From contig OZ024743.1 in NCBI GenBank assembly GCA_964016885.1, positions 21,514,001 to 21,578,000 of the forward strand: 64,000 nucleotides of DNA, given 5' to 3'. This document shows, piece after piece, positions 25,501 through 38,200 of this stretch. Under the pieces are notes generated by a model. It was not told the DNA's origin and searched no databases. It saw only the letters and a list, made by a program, of their open reading frames with translations. Numbering within the stretch: the stretch's first letter is position 1; each line of letters opens with the position of its first letter. The translations under genes and the position numbers were made by a program. The DNA comes from Eledone cirrhosa (taxonomy: Eukaryota).

Positions 25501-28500
25501 TAGTAAAAATACAGTGCTGGGCAGAGGTGAGAACACTATGTTTGCTGGATTATTAAACCATTTATATATAATAGTAAAAATAGAGTGCTGGGTAGAGGTG
25601 AGAACACTATGGTAGCTGGATTATTAAACCATTTATATATAATAGTAAAAATAGAGTGCTGGGCAGAGGTGAGAACACTATGTTTGCTGGATTATTAAAC
25701 CATTTATATATAATAGTAAAAATAGAGTGCTGGGTAGAGGTGAGAACACTATGTTTGCTGGATTATTAAACCATTTATATATAATAGTAAAAATACATTA
25801 CTGGGCAGAGGTGAGAACACTATGGTAGCTGGATCATTAAACCATTTATATATAATAGTAAACATAGAGTGCTGGGCAGAGGTGAGAACACTATGGTTGC
25901 TGGATTATTAAAGCATTTATATATAATAGTAAAAATAGAGTGCTGGGTAGAGGTGAGAACACTATGGTAGCTGGATTATTAAACCATTTATATATAATAG
26001 TAAAAATACAGTGCTGGGCAAAGGTGAGAACACTATGGTAGCTGGATTATTAAACCATTTATATATAATAGTAAAAATAGAGTGCTGGGCAGAGGTGAGA
26101 ACACTATGGTAGCTGGATTATTAAACCATTTATATATAATAGTAAAAATACAGTGCTGGGCAGAGGTGAGAACACTATGGTAGCTGGATTATTAAACCAT
26201 TTATATATAATAGTAAAAATACAGTGCTGGGCAGAGGTGAGAACACTATGGTAGCTGGATTATTAAACCATTTATATATAATAGTAAAAATACAGTGCTG
26301 GGCAGAGGTGAGAACACTATGGTAGCTGGATTATTAAACCATTTATATATAATAGTAAAAATACAGTGCTGGGTAGAGGTGAGAACACTATGGTAGCAGG
26401 ATTATTAAACCATTTATATATAATAGTAAAAATACAGTGCTGGGCAGAGGTGAGAACACTATGGTAGCTGGATTATTAAACCATTTATATATAATAGTAA
26501 AAATACAGTGCTGGGCAGAGGTGAGAACATTATGGTAGCTGGATTATTAAACCATTTATATATAATAGTAAAAATAGAGTGCTGGGCAGAGGTGAGAATA
26601 CTATGGTAGCTGGATTATTAAACCATTTATATATAATAATTTCTACTTTAGGCACAAGGCCAGCAATTACCCAGTGCATTACTGGTACTTTATTTTATCG
26701 ACCCCGTAAAGATGAAAGGCAAAGTCAACCTCGGCGGGTAGTAAAAGTACAGTGCTGGGTAGAGGTGAGAACACTATGGTAGCTGGATTATTAAAACATT
26801 TATATATTATAGTAAAAATACAGTGCTGGGCAGAGGTGAGAACACTATGGTAGCTGGATTATTAAACCATTTATATATAATAGTAAAAATACAGTGCTGG
26901 GCAGAGGAGAGAACACTATGGTAGCTGGATTATTAAACCATTTATATATAATAGTAAAAATACAGTGCTGGGCAGAGGAGAGAACACTATGGTAGCTGGA
27001 TTATTAAACCATTTATATATAATAGTAAAAATACAGTGCTGGGCAGAGGAGAGAACACTATGGTAGCTGGATTATTAAACCATTTATATATAATAGTAAA
27101 AATACAGTGCTGGGCAGAGGAGAGAACACTATGGTAGCTGGATTATTAAACCATTTATATATAATAGTAAAAATACAGTGCTGGGCAGAGGAGAGAACAC
27201 TATGGTAGCTGGATTATTAAACCATTTATATATAATAGTAAAAATACAGTGCTGGGCAGAGGAGAGAACACTATGGTAGCTGGATTATTAAACCATTTAT
27301 ATATAATAATTTCTACTTTAGGCACAAGGCCAGCAATTACCCAGTGCATTACTGGTACTTTATTTTATCGACCCCGTAAAGATGAAAGGCAAAGTCAACC
27401 TCGGCGGGTAGTAAAAGTACAGTGCTGGGTAGAGGTGAGAACACTATGGTAGCTGGATTATTAAAACATTTATATATTATAGTAAAAATACAGTGCTGGG
27501 CAGAGGTGAGAACACTATGGTAGCTGGATTATTAAACCATTTATATATAATAGTAAAAATACAGTGCTGGGCAGAGGAGAGAACACTATGGTAGCTGGAT
27601 TATTAAACCATTTATATATAATAGTAAAAATACAGTGCTGGGCAGAGGAGAGAACACTATGGTAGCTGGATTATTAAACCATTTATATATAATAATTTCT
27701 ACTTTAGGATTAAAGGCCAGCAATTACCTAGTGCATTACTGGTACTTTATTTTATCGACCCCGTAAAGATGAAAGGCAAAGTCAACCTCGGCGGGTAGTA
27801 AAAATACAGTGCTGGGTAGAGGTGAGAACACTATGGTAGCTGGATTATTAAACCATTTATATATAATAGCAAAAATACAGTGCTGGGTAGAGGTGAGAAC
27901 ACTATGGTAGCTGGATTATTAAACCATTTATATATAATAGTAAAAATACATTGCTGGGTAGAGGTGAGAACACTATGGTAGCTGGATTATTAAACCATTT
28001 ATATATAATAGTAAAAATACATTGCTGGGTAGAGGTGAGAACACTATGGTAGCTGGATCATTAAACCATTTATATATAATAGTAAACAGAGTGCTGGGCA
28101 GAGGTGAGAACACTATGGTAGCTGGATTATTAAACCATTTATATATAATAGTAAAAATACAGTGCTGGGCAGAGGAGAGAACACTATGGTAGCTGGATTA
28201 TTAAACCATTTATATATAATAATTTCTACTTTAGGATTAAAGGCCAGCAATTACCTAGTGCATTACTGGTACTTTATTTTATCGACCCCGTAAAGATGAA
28301 AGGCAAAGTCAACCTCGGCGGGTAGTAAAAATACAGTGCTGGGTAGAGGTGAGAACACTATGGTAGCTGGATTATTAAACCATTTATATATAATAGCAAA
28401 AATACAGTGCTGGGTAGAGGTGAGAACACTATGGTAGCTGGATTATTAAACCATTTATATATAATAATTTCTACTTTAGGCACAAGGCCAGCAATTACCC

Positions 28501-29378
28501 AGTGCATTACTGGTACTTTATTTTATCGACCCCGTAAAGATGAAAGGCAAAGTCAACCTCGGCGGGTAGTAAAAGTACAGTGCTGGGTAGAGGTGAGAAC
28601 ACTATGGTAGCTGGATTATTAAAACATTTATATATTATAGTAAAAATACAGTGCTGGGCAGAGGTGAGAACACTATGGTAGCTGGATTATTAAACCATTT
28701 ATATATAATAGTAAAAATACAGTGCTGGGCAGAGGAGAGAACACTATGGTAGCTGGATTATTAAACCATTTATATATAATAGTAAAAATACAGTGCTGGG
28801 CAGAGGAGAGAACACTATGGTAGCTGGATTATTAAACCATTTATATATAATAATTTCTACTTTAGGATTAAAGGCCAGCAATTACCTAGTGCATTACTGG
28901 TACTTTATTTTATCGACCCCGTAAAGATGAAAGGCAAAGTCAACCTCGGCGGGTAGTAAAAATACAGTGCTGGGTAGAGGTGAGAACACTATGGTAGCTG
29001 GATTATTAAACCATTTATATATAATAGCAAAAATACAGTGCTGGGTAGAGGTGAGAACACTATGGTAGCTGGATTATTAAACCATTTATATATAATAGTA
29101 AAAATACATTGCTGGGTAGAGGTGAGAACACTATGGTAGCTGGATTATTAAACCATTTATATATAATAGTAAAAATACATTGCTGGGTAGAGGTGAGAAC
29201 ACTATGGTAGCTGGATTATTAAACCATTTATATATAATAGTAAAAATACATTGCTGGGTAGAGGTGAGAACACTATGGTAGCTGGATCATTAAACCATTT
29301 ATATATAATAGTAAACAGAGTGCTGGGCAGAGGTGAGAACACTATGGTTGCTGGATTATTAAACCATTTATATATAAT

Positions 29379-30443
29379 AGTAAAAATAGAGTTCTTTTCA
29401 GAGGGGAGAACACTATGGTAGCTGGATTATTAAACCATTTATATATAATAGTAAAAATAGAGTTCTTTTCAGAGGTGAGAACACTATGGTAGCTGGATTA
29501 TTAAACCATTTATATATAATAGTAAAAATAGAGTTCTTTTCAGAGGGGAGAACACTATGGTTGCTGGATTATTAAACCATTTATATATAATAGTAAAAAT
29601 AGAGTTCTTTTCAGAGGGGAGAACACTATGGTAGCTGGATTATTAAACCATTTATATATAATAGTAAAAATAGAGTTCTTTTCAGAGGTGAGAACACTAT
29701 GGTAGCTGGATTATTAAACCATTTATATATAATAGTAAAAATAGAGTTCTTTTCAGAGGGGAGAACACTATGGTTGCTGGATTATTAAACCATTTATATA
29801 TAATAGTAAAAATAGAGTTCTTTTCAGAGGGGAGAACACTATGGTAGCTGGATTATTAAACCATTTATATATAATAGTAAAAATAGAGTTCTTTTCAGAG
29901 GTGAGAACACTATGGTAGCTGGATTATTAAACCATTTATATATAATAGTAAAAATAGAGTTCTTTTCAGAGGGGAGAACACTATGGTTGCTGGATTATTA
30001 AACCATTTATATATAATAGTAAAAATAGAGTTCTTTTCAGAGGGGAGAACACTATGGTAGCTGGATTATTAAACCATTTATATATAATAGTAAAAATAGA
30101 GTTCTTTTCAGAGGTGAGAACACTATGGTAGCTGGATTATTAAACCATTTATATATAATAGTAAAAATAGAGTTCTTTTCAGAGGGGAGAACACTATGGT
30201 TGCTGGATTATTAAACCATTTATATATAATAGTAAAAATAGAGTTCTTTTCAGAGGGGAGAACACTATGGTAGCTGGATTATTAAACCATTTATATATAA
30301 TAGTAAAAATAGAGTTCTTTTCAGAGGTGAGAACACTATGGTAGCTGGATTATTAAACCATTTATATATAATAGTAAAAATAGAGTTCTTTTCAGAGGTG
30401 AGAACACTATGGTAGCTGGATTATTAAACCATTTATATATAAT
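29379..30443 (+). repeat. Run of 15 consecutive GTTCTTTTC-variant monomers with 213-bp (3-monomer) periodicity
   Basis: Units cycle GAGGGG..GGTAGC / GAGGTG..GGTAGC / GAGGGG..GGTTGC four times, followed by a partial fifth cycle. Confidence 0.9.
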
Positions 30444-33400
30444 AGTAAAAATACATTGCTGGGTAGAGGTGAGAACACTATGGTAGCTGGATCATTAAAC
30501 CATTTATATATAATAGTAAACAGAGTGCTGGGCAGAGGTGAGAACACTATGGTTGCTGGATTATTAAACCATTTATATATAATAGTAAAAATACAGTGCT
30601 GGGCAGAGGTGAGAACACTATGGTAGCTGGATTATTAAACCATTTATATATAATAGTAAAAATACAGTGCTGGGTAGAGGTGAGAACACTATGGTAGCTG
30701 GATCATTAAACCATTTATATATAATAGTAAAAATACAGTGCTGGGCAAAGGTGAGAACACTATGGTAGCTGGATTATTAAACCATTTATATATAATAGTA
30801 AAAATAGAGTTCTTTTCAGAGGGGAGAACACTATGGTAGCTGGATTATTAAACCATTTATATATAATAGTAAAAATACAGTGCTGGGTAGAGGTGAGAAC
30901 ACTATGGTAGCTGGATTATTAAACCATTTATATATAATAGTAAAAATACAGTGTTGGGCAGAGGTGAGAACACTATGGTAGCTGGATTATTAAACCATTT
31001 ATATATAATAGTAAAAATACAGTGCTGGGCAGAGATGAGAACACTATGGTAGCTGGATTATTAAACCATTTATATATAATAGTAAAAATAGAGTGCTGGG
31101 CAGAGGTGAGAATACTATGGTAGCTGGATTATTAAACCATTTATATATAATAATTTCTACTTTAGGCACAAGGCCAGCAATTAACCAGTGCATTACTGGT
31201 ACTTTATTTTATCGACCCCGTAAAGATGAAAGGCAAAGTCAACCTCGGCGGGTAGTAAAAGTACAGTGCTGGGTAGAGGTGAGAACACTATGGTAGCTGG
31301 ATCATTAAACCATTTATATATAATAGTAAAAATACAGTGCTGGGCAGAGGTGAGAACACTATGTTTGCTGGATTATTAAACCATTTATATATAATAGTAA
31401 AAATACATTACTGGGCAGAGGTGAGAACACTATGGTAGCTGGATCATTAAACCATTTATATATAATAGTAAAAATACAGTGCTGGGTAGAGGTGAGAACA
31501 CTATGGTACCTGGATTATTAAACCATTTATATATAATAGTAAAAATACATTGCTGGGCAGAGGTGAGAACACTATGGTTGCTGGATTATTAAACCATTTA
31601 TATATAATAGCAAAAATACAGTGTGGGTAGAGGTGAGAACACTATGGTAGCTGGATTATTAAACCATTTATATATAATAGTAAAAATACATTGCTGGGTA
31701 GAGGGGAGAACACTATGGTAGCTGGATCATTAAACCATTTATATATAATAGTAAACATAGAGTGCTGGGCAGAGGTGAGAACACTATGGTTGCTGGATTA
31801 TTAAAGCATATATATATAATAGTAAAAATACAGTGCTGGGTAGAGGTGAGAACACTATGGTAGCTGGATTATTAAACCATTTATATATAATAGTAAAAAT
31901 ACAGTGCTGGGTAGAGGTGAGAACACTATGGTACCTGGATCATTAAACCATTTATATATAATAGTAAAAATACATTGCTGGGTAGAGGTGAGAACACTAT
32001 GGTAGCTGGATCATTAAACCATTTATATATAATAGTAAACATAGAGTGCTGGGCAGAGGTGAGAACACTATGGTAGCTGGATTATTAAACCATTTATATA
32101 TAATAGTAAAAATACAGTGCTGGGCAAAGGTGAGAACACTATGGTAGCTGAATTATTAAACCATTTATATATAATAGTAAAAATACAGTGCTGGGTAGAG
32201 GTGAGAACACTATGGTAGCTGGATTATTAAACCATTTATATATAATAGTAAAAATACAGTGTTGGGCAGAGGTGAGAACACTATGGTAGCTGGATTATTA
32301 AACCATTTATATATAATAGTAAAAATACAGTGCTGGGTAGAGGTGAGAACACTATGGTAGCTGGATTATTAAACCATTTATATATAATAGTAAAAATAGA
32401 GTGCTGGGCAGAGGTGAGAACACTGTGGTAGCTGGATTATTAAACTATTTATATATAATAGTAAAAATAGAGTGCTGGGCAGAGGTGAGAACATTATCGT
32501 AGCTGGATTATTAAACCATTTATATATAATAGTAAAAATACAGTGCTGGGCAGAGGTGAGAACACTATGGTAGCTGGATTATTAAACCATTTATATATAA
32601 TAGTAAAAATAGAGTGCTGGGCAGAGGTGAGAATACTGTGGTAGCTGGATTATTAAACCATTTATATATAATAGTAAAAATAGAGTGCTGGGCAGAGGTG
32701 AGAACACTGTGGTAGCTGGATTATTAAACCATTTATATATAATAGTAAAAATAGAGTGCTGGGCAGAGGTGAGAACATTATCGTAGCTGGATTATTAAAC
32801 CATTTATATATAATAGTAAAAATAGAGTGCTGGGCAGAGGTGAGAACAATATGGTAGCTGGATTATTATACCATTTATATATAATAGTAAAAATAGAGTG
32901 CTGGGCAGAGGTGAGAACACTATGGAAGCAGGATTATTAAACCATTTATATATAATAGTAAAAATACAGTGCTGGGCAGAGGTGAGAACACTATGGTAGC
33001 TGGATTATTATACCATTTATATATAATAGTAAAAATAGAGTGCTGGGCAGAGGTGAGAACACTATGGAAGCAGGATTATTAAACCATTTATATATAATAG
33101 TAAAAATACAGTGCTGGGCAGAGGTGAGAACACTATGGTAGCAGGATTATTAAACCATTTATATATAATAGTAAAAATAGAGTGCTGGGCAGAGGTGAGA
33201 ACACTATGGTAGCTGGATTATTAAACCATTTATATATAATAGTAAAAATACAGTGCTGGGCAGAGGTGAGAACACTGTGGTAGCTGGATTATTAAACCAT
33301 TCATATATAATAGTAAAAATACAGTGTTGGGCAGAGGTGAGAACACTATGGTACCTGGATTATTAAACCATTTATATATAATAGTAAAAATACAGTGTTG

Positions 33401-35299
33401 GGCAGAGGTGAGAACACTATGGTAGCTGGATTATTAAACCATTTATATATAATAGTAAAAATACAGTGTTGGGCAGAGGTGAGAACACTATGGTAGCTGG
33501 ATTATTAAACCATTTATATATAATAGTAAAAATACAGTGTTGGGCAGAGGTGAGAACACTATGGTAGCTGGATTATTAAACCATTTATATATAATAGTAA
33601 AAATACAGTGTTGGGCAGAGGTGAGAACACTATGGTAGCTGGATTATTAAACCATTTATATATAATAGTAAAAATACAGTGTTGGGCAGAGGTGAGAACA
33701 CTATGGTAGCTGGATTATTAAACCATTTATATATAATAGTAAAAATACAGTGCTGGGCAGAGGTGAGAACACTATGGTAGCTGGATTATTAAACCATTTA
33801 TATATAATAGTAAAAATACAGTGTTGGGCAGAGGTGAGAACACTATGGTAGCTGGATTATTAAACCATTTATATATAATAGTAAAAATACAGTGCTGGGC
33901 AAAGGTGAGACACTATGATAGCTGGATTATTAAACCATTTATATATAATAGTAAAAATAGAGTGCTGGGCAGAGGTGAGAACATTATGGTAGCTGGATTA
34001 TTAAACCATTTATATATAATAGTAAAAATAGAGTGCTGGGCAGAGGTAAGAACACTATAGTAGCTGGATTATTAAACCATTTATATATAATAGTAAAAAT
34101 ACAGTGCTGGGTAGAGGTGAGAACACTATGGTAGCTGGATTATTAAACCATTTATATATAGTAGTAAAAATACAGTGCTGGGCAGGTGAGAACACTATGG
34201 TTGCCGGATTATTAAACCATTTATATATAATAGTAAAAATACAGTGCTGGGCAAAGGTGAGACACTATGATAGCTGGATTATTAAACCATTTATATATAA
34301 TAGTAAAAATAGAGTGCTGGGCAGAGGTGAGAACACCGTGGTAGCTGGATTATTAAACCATTTATATATAATAGTAAAAATACAGTGCTGGGCAGAGGTG
34401 AGAACGCTATGGTAGCTGGATTATTAAACCATTTATATATAATAGTAAAAATAGAGTGCTGGGCAGAGGTGAGAACACTGTGGTAGCTGGATTATTAAAC
34501 CATTTATATATAATAGTAAAAATACAGTGCTGGGCAGAGGTGAGAACACTATGGTAGCTGGATTATTAAACCATTTATATATAATAGTAAAAATACAGTG
34601 CTGGGCAGAGGTGAGAACACTGTGGTAGCTGGATTATTAAACCATATATATATAATAGTAAAAATACAGTGCTGGGCAGAGGTGAGAACACTATGGTAGC
34701 TGGATTATTAAACCATTTATATATAATAGTAAAAATAGAGTGCTGGGCAGAGGTGAGAACATTATCGTAGCTGGATTATTAAACCATTTATATATAATAG
34801 TAAAAATAGAGTGCTGGGCAGAGGTGAGAACACTATGGTAGCTGGATTATTAAACCATTTATATATAATAGTAAAAATAGAGTGCTGGGCAGAGGTGAGA
34901 ACACTGTGGTAGCTGCATTATTAAACCACTTATATATAATAGTAAAAATACAGTGCTGGGCAGAGGTGAGAACACTATGGTAGCTGGATTATTAAACCAT
35001 TTATATATAATAGTAAAAATAGAGTGCTGGGCAGAGGTGAGAACACTATGGTAGCTGGATTATTATACCATTTATATATAATAGTAAAAATAGAGTGCTG
35101 GGCAGAGGTGAGAACGCTATGGAAGCAGGATTATTAAACCATTTATATATAATAGTAAAAATACAGTGCTAGGCAGAGGTGAGAACACTATGGTAGCAGG
35201 ATTATTAAACCATTTATATATAATAGTAAAAATAGAGTGCTGGGCAGAGGTGAGAACACTATGGTAGCAGGATTATTAAACCATTTATATATAATAGTA

Positions 35300-38200
35300 A
35301 AAATAGAGTGCTGGGCAGAGGTGAGAACACTATGGTAGCAGGATTATTAAACCAATTATATATAATAGTAAAAATACAGTGCTGGGCAGAGGTGAGAACA
35401 CTATGGTAGCTGGATTATTAAACCATTTATATATAATAGTAAAAATACAGTGCTGGGCAGAGTTGAGAACACTATGGTAGCCGGATTATTAAACCATTTA
35501 TATATAATAGTAAAAATACAGTGCTGGGCAAAGGTGAGACACTATGATAGCTGGATTATTAAACCATTTATATATAATAGTAAAAATAGAGTGCTGGGCA
35601 GAGGTGAGAACACTATGGTAGCAGGATTATTAAACCATTTATATATAATAGTAAAAATAGAGTGCTAGGCAGAGGTGAGAACACTATGGTAGCAGGATTA
35701 TTAAACCATTTATATATAATAGTAAAAATACAGTGCTGGGCAGAGGTGAGAACACTATGGTAGCTGGATTATTAAACCATTTATATATAATAGTAAAAAT
35801 ACAGTGCTGGGCAGAGCTGAGAACACTATGGTAGCCGGATTATTAGAACCATTTATATATAATAGTAAAAATACAGTGCTGGGCAAAGGTGAGACACTAT
35901 GATAGCTGGATTATTAAACCATTTATATATAATAGTAAAAATAGAGCGCTGGGCAGAGGTGAGAACACTATGGTAGCTGGATTATTAAACCATTTATATA
36001 TAATAGTAAAAATAGAGCGCTGGGCAGAGGTGAGAACACTATGGTAGCTGGATTATTAAACCATTTATATATAATAGTAAAAATACAGTGCTGGGTAGAG
36101 GTGAGAACACTATGGTAGCTGGATTATTAAACCATTTATATATAGTAGTAAAAATACAGTGCTGGGCAGAGGTGAGAACACTATGGTAGACGGATTATTA
36201 AACCATTTATATATAATAGTAAAAATACAGTGCTGGGCAGAGGTGAGACACTATGATAGCTGGATTATTAAACCATTTATATATACTAGTAAAAATACAG
36301 TGCTGGGCAGAGCTGAGAACACTATGATAGCTGGATTATTAAACCATTTATATATAATAGTAAAAATACAGTGCTGGGCAAAGGTGAGACACTATGATAG
36401 CTGGATTATTAAACCATTTATATATAATAGTAAAAATAGAGTGCTGGGCAGAGGTGAGAACACTGTGGTAGCTGGATTATTAAACCATTTATATATAATA
36501 GTAAAAATACAGTGCTGGGCAGAGGTGAGAACACTGTGGTAGCTGCATTATTAAACCACTTATATATAATAGTAAAAATAGAGTGCTGGGCAGAGGTGAG
36601 AACACTATGGTAGCTGGATTATTAAACCATTTATATATAATAGTAAAAATACAGTGCTGGGCAGAGGTGAGAACATTATCGTAGCTGGATTATTAAACCA
36701 TTTATATATAATAGTAAAAATAGAGTGCTGGGCAGAGGTGAGAACACTGTGGTAGCTGGATTATTAAACCATTTATATATAATAGTAAAAATACAGTGCT
36801 GGGCAGAGGTGAGAACACTATGGTAGCTGGATTATTAAACCATTTATATATAATAGTAAAAATAGAGTGCTGGGCAGAGGTGAGAACATTATCGTAGCTG
36901 GATTATTAAACCATTTATATATAATAGTAAAAATAGAGTGCTGGGCAGAGGTGAGAACACTATGGTAGCTGGATTATTATACCATTTATATATAATAGTA
37001 AAAATAGAGTGCTGGGCAGAGGTGAGAACACTATGGTAGCTGGATTATTAAACCATTTATATATAATAGTAAAAATACAGTGCTGGGCAGAGGTGAGAAC
37101 ACTATGGTAGCAGGATTATTAAACCATTTATATATAATAGTAAAAATAGAGTGCTGGGCAGAGGTGAGAACACTATGGTAGCTGGATTATTAAACCATTT
37201 ATATATAATAGTAAAAATAGAGTGCTGGGCAGAGAAGAGAACACTATGGTAGCAGGATTATTAAACCATTTATATATAATAGTAAAAATACAGTGCTGGG
37301 CAGAGGTGAGAACACTATGGTAGCTGGATTATTAAACCATTTATATATAATAGTAAAAATACAGTGCTGGGCAGAGGTGAGAACACTATGGTAGCAGGAT
37401 TATTAAACCATTTATATATAATAGTAAAAATACAGTGCTGGGCAGAGGTGAGAACACTATGGTAGCTGGATTATTAAACCATTTATATATAATAGTAAAA
37501 ATACAGTGCTGGGCAGAGGTGAGAACACTATGGTAGCAGGATTATTAAACCATTTATATATAATAGTAAAAATACAGTGCTGGGCAGAGGTGAGAACACT
37601 ATGGTAGCAGGATTATTAAACCATTTATATATAATAGTAAAAATACAGTGCTGGGCAGAGGTGAGAACACTATGGTAGCTGGATTATTAAACCATTTATA
37701 TATAATAGTAAAAATACAGTGCTGGGCAAAGGTGAGACACTATGATAGCTGGATTATTAAACCATTTATATATAATAGTAAAAATAGAGTGCTGGGCAGA
37801 GGTGAGAACATTATGGTAGCTGGATTATTAAACCATTTATATATAATAGTAAAAATAGAGTGCTGGGCAGAGGTGAGAACATTATGGTAGCTGGATTATT
37901 AAACCATTTATATATAATAGTAAAAATACAGTGCTGGGCAGAGGTGAGAACACTATGGTAGCAGGATTATTAAACCATTTATATATAATAGTAAAAATAG
38001 AGTGCTGGGCAGAGGTGAGAACACTATGGTAGCTGGATTATTAAACCATTTATATATAATAGTAAAAATAGAGTGCTGGGCAGAGGTGAGAACACTATGG
38101 TAGCAGGATTATTAAACCATTTATATATAATAGTAAAAATACAGTGCTGGGCAGAGGTGAGAACACTATGGTAGCTGGATTATTAAACCATTTATATATA

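Larger units (their letters stand above)
650..31253 (-). mobile_element. 26 dispersed 102-103 bp 5'-truncated SINE fragments embedded in the satellite (overall span given)
   Basis: AATTTCTACTTTAGGCACAAGGCC...GTCAACCTCGGCGGGT is inserted after ...TATATATAAT at 650-751, 2740-2842, 2914-3015, 4412-4513, 5437-5538, 6817-6918, 7842-7943, 9506-9608, 10958-11059, 12693-12795, 13577-13678, 14957-15058, 17544-17645, 18711-18813, 19240-19341, 20620-20721, 23207-23308, 24374-24476, 25329-25430, 26638-26739, 27308-27409, 27694-27796, 28221-28323, 28466-28567, 28852-28954 and 31152-31253. All are homologous to 3227-3327. Confidence 0.93.

Noticed and set aside
650-31253. CRISPR-like repeat/spacer array
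   Set aside because: The repeats are contiguous 71-mers. The inserts are near-identical to each other rather than unique spacers, and there are no cas genes or leader.
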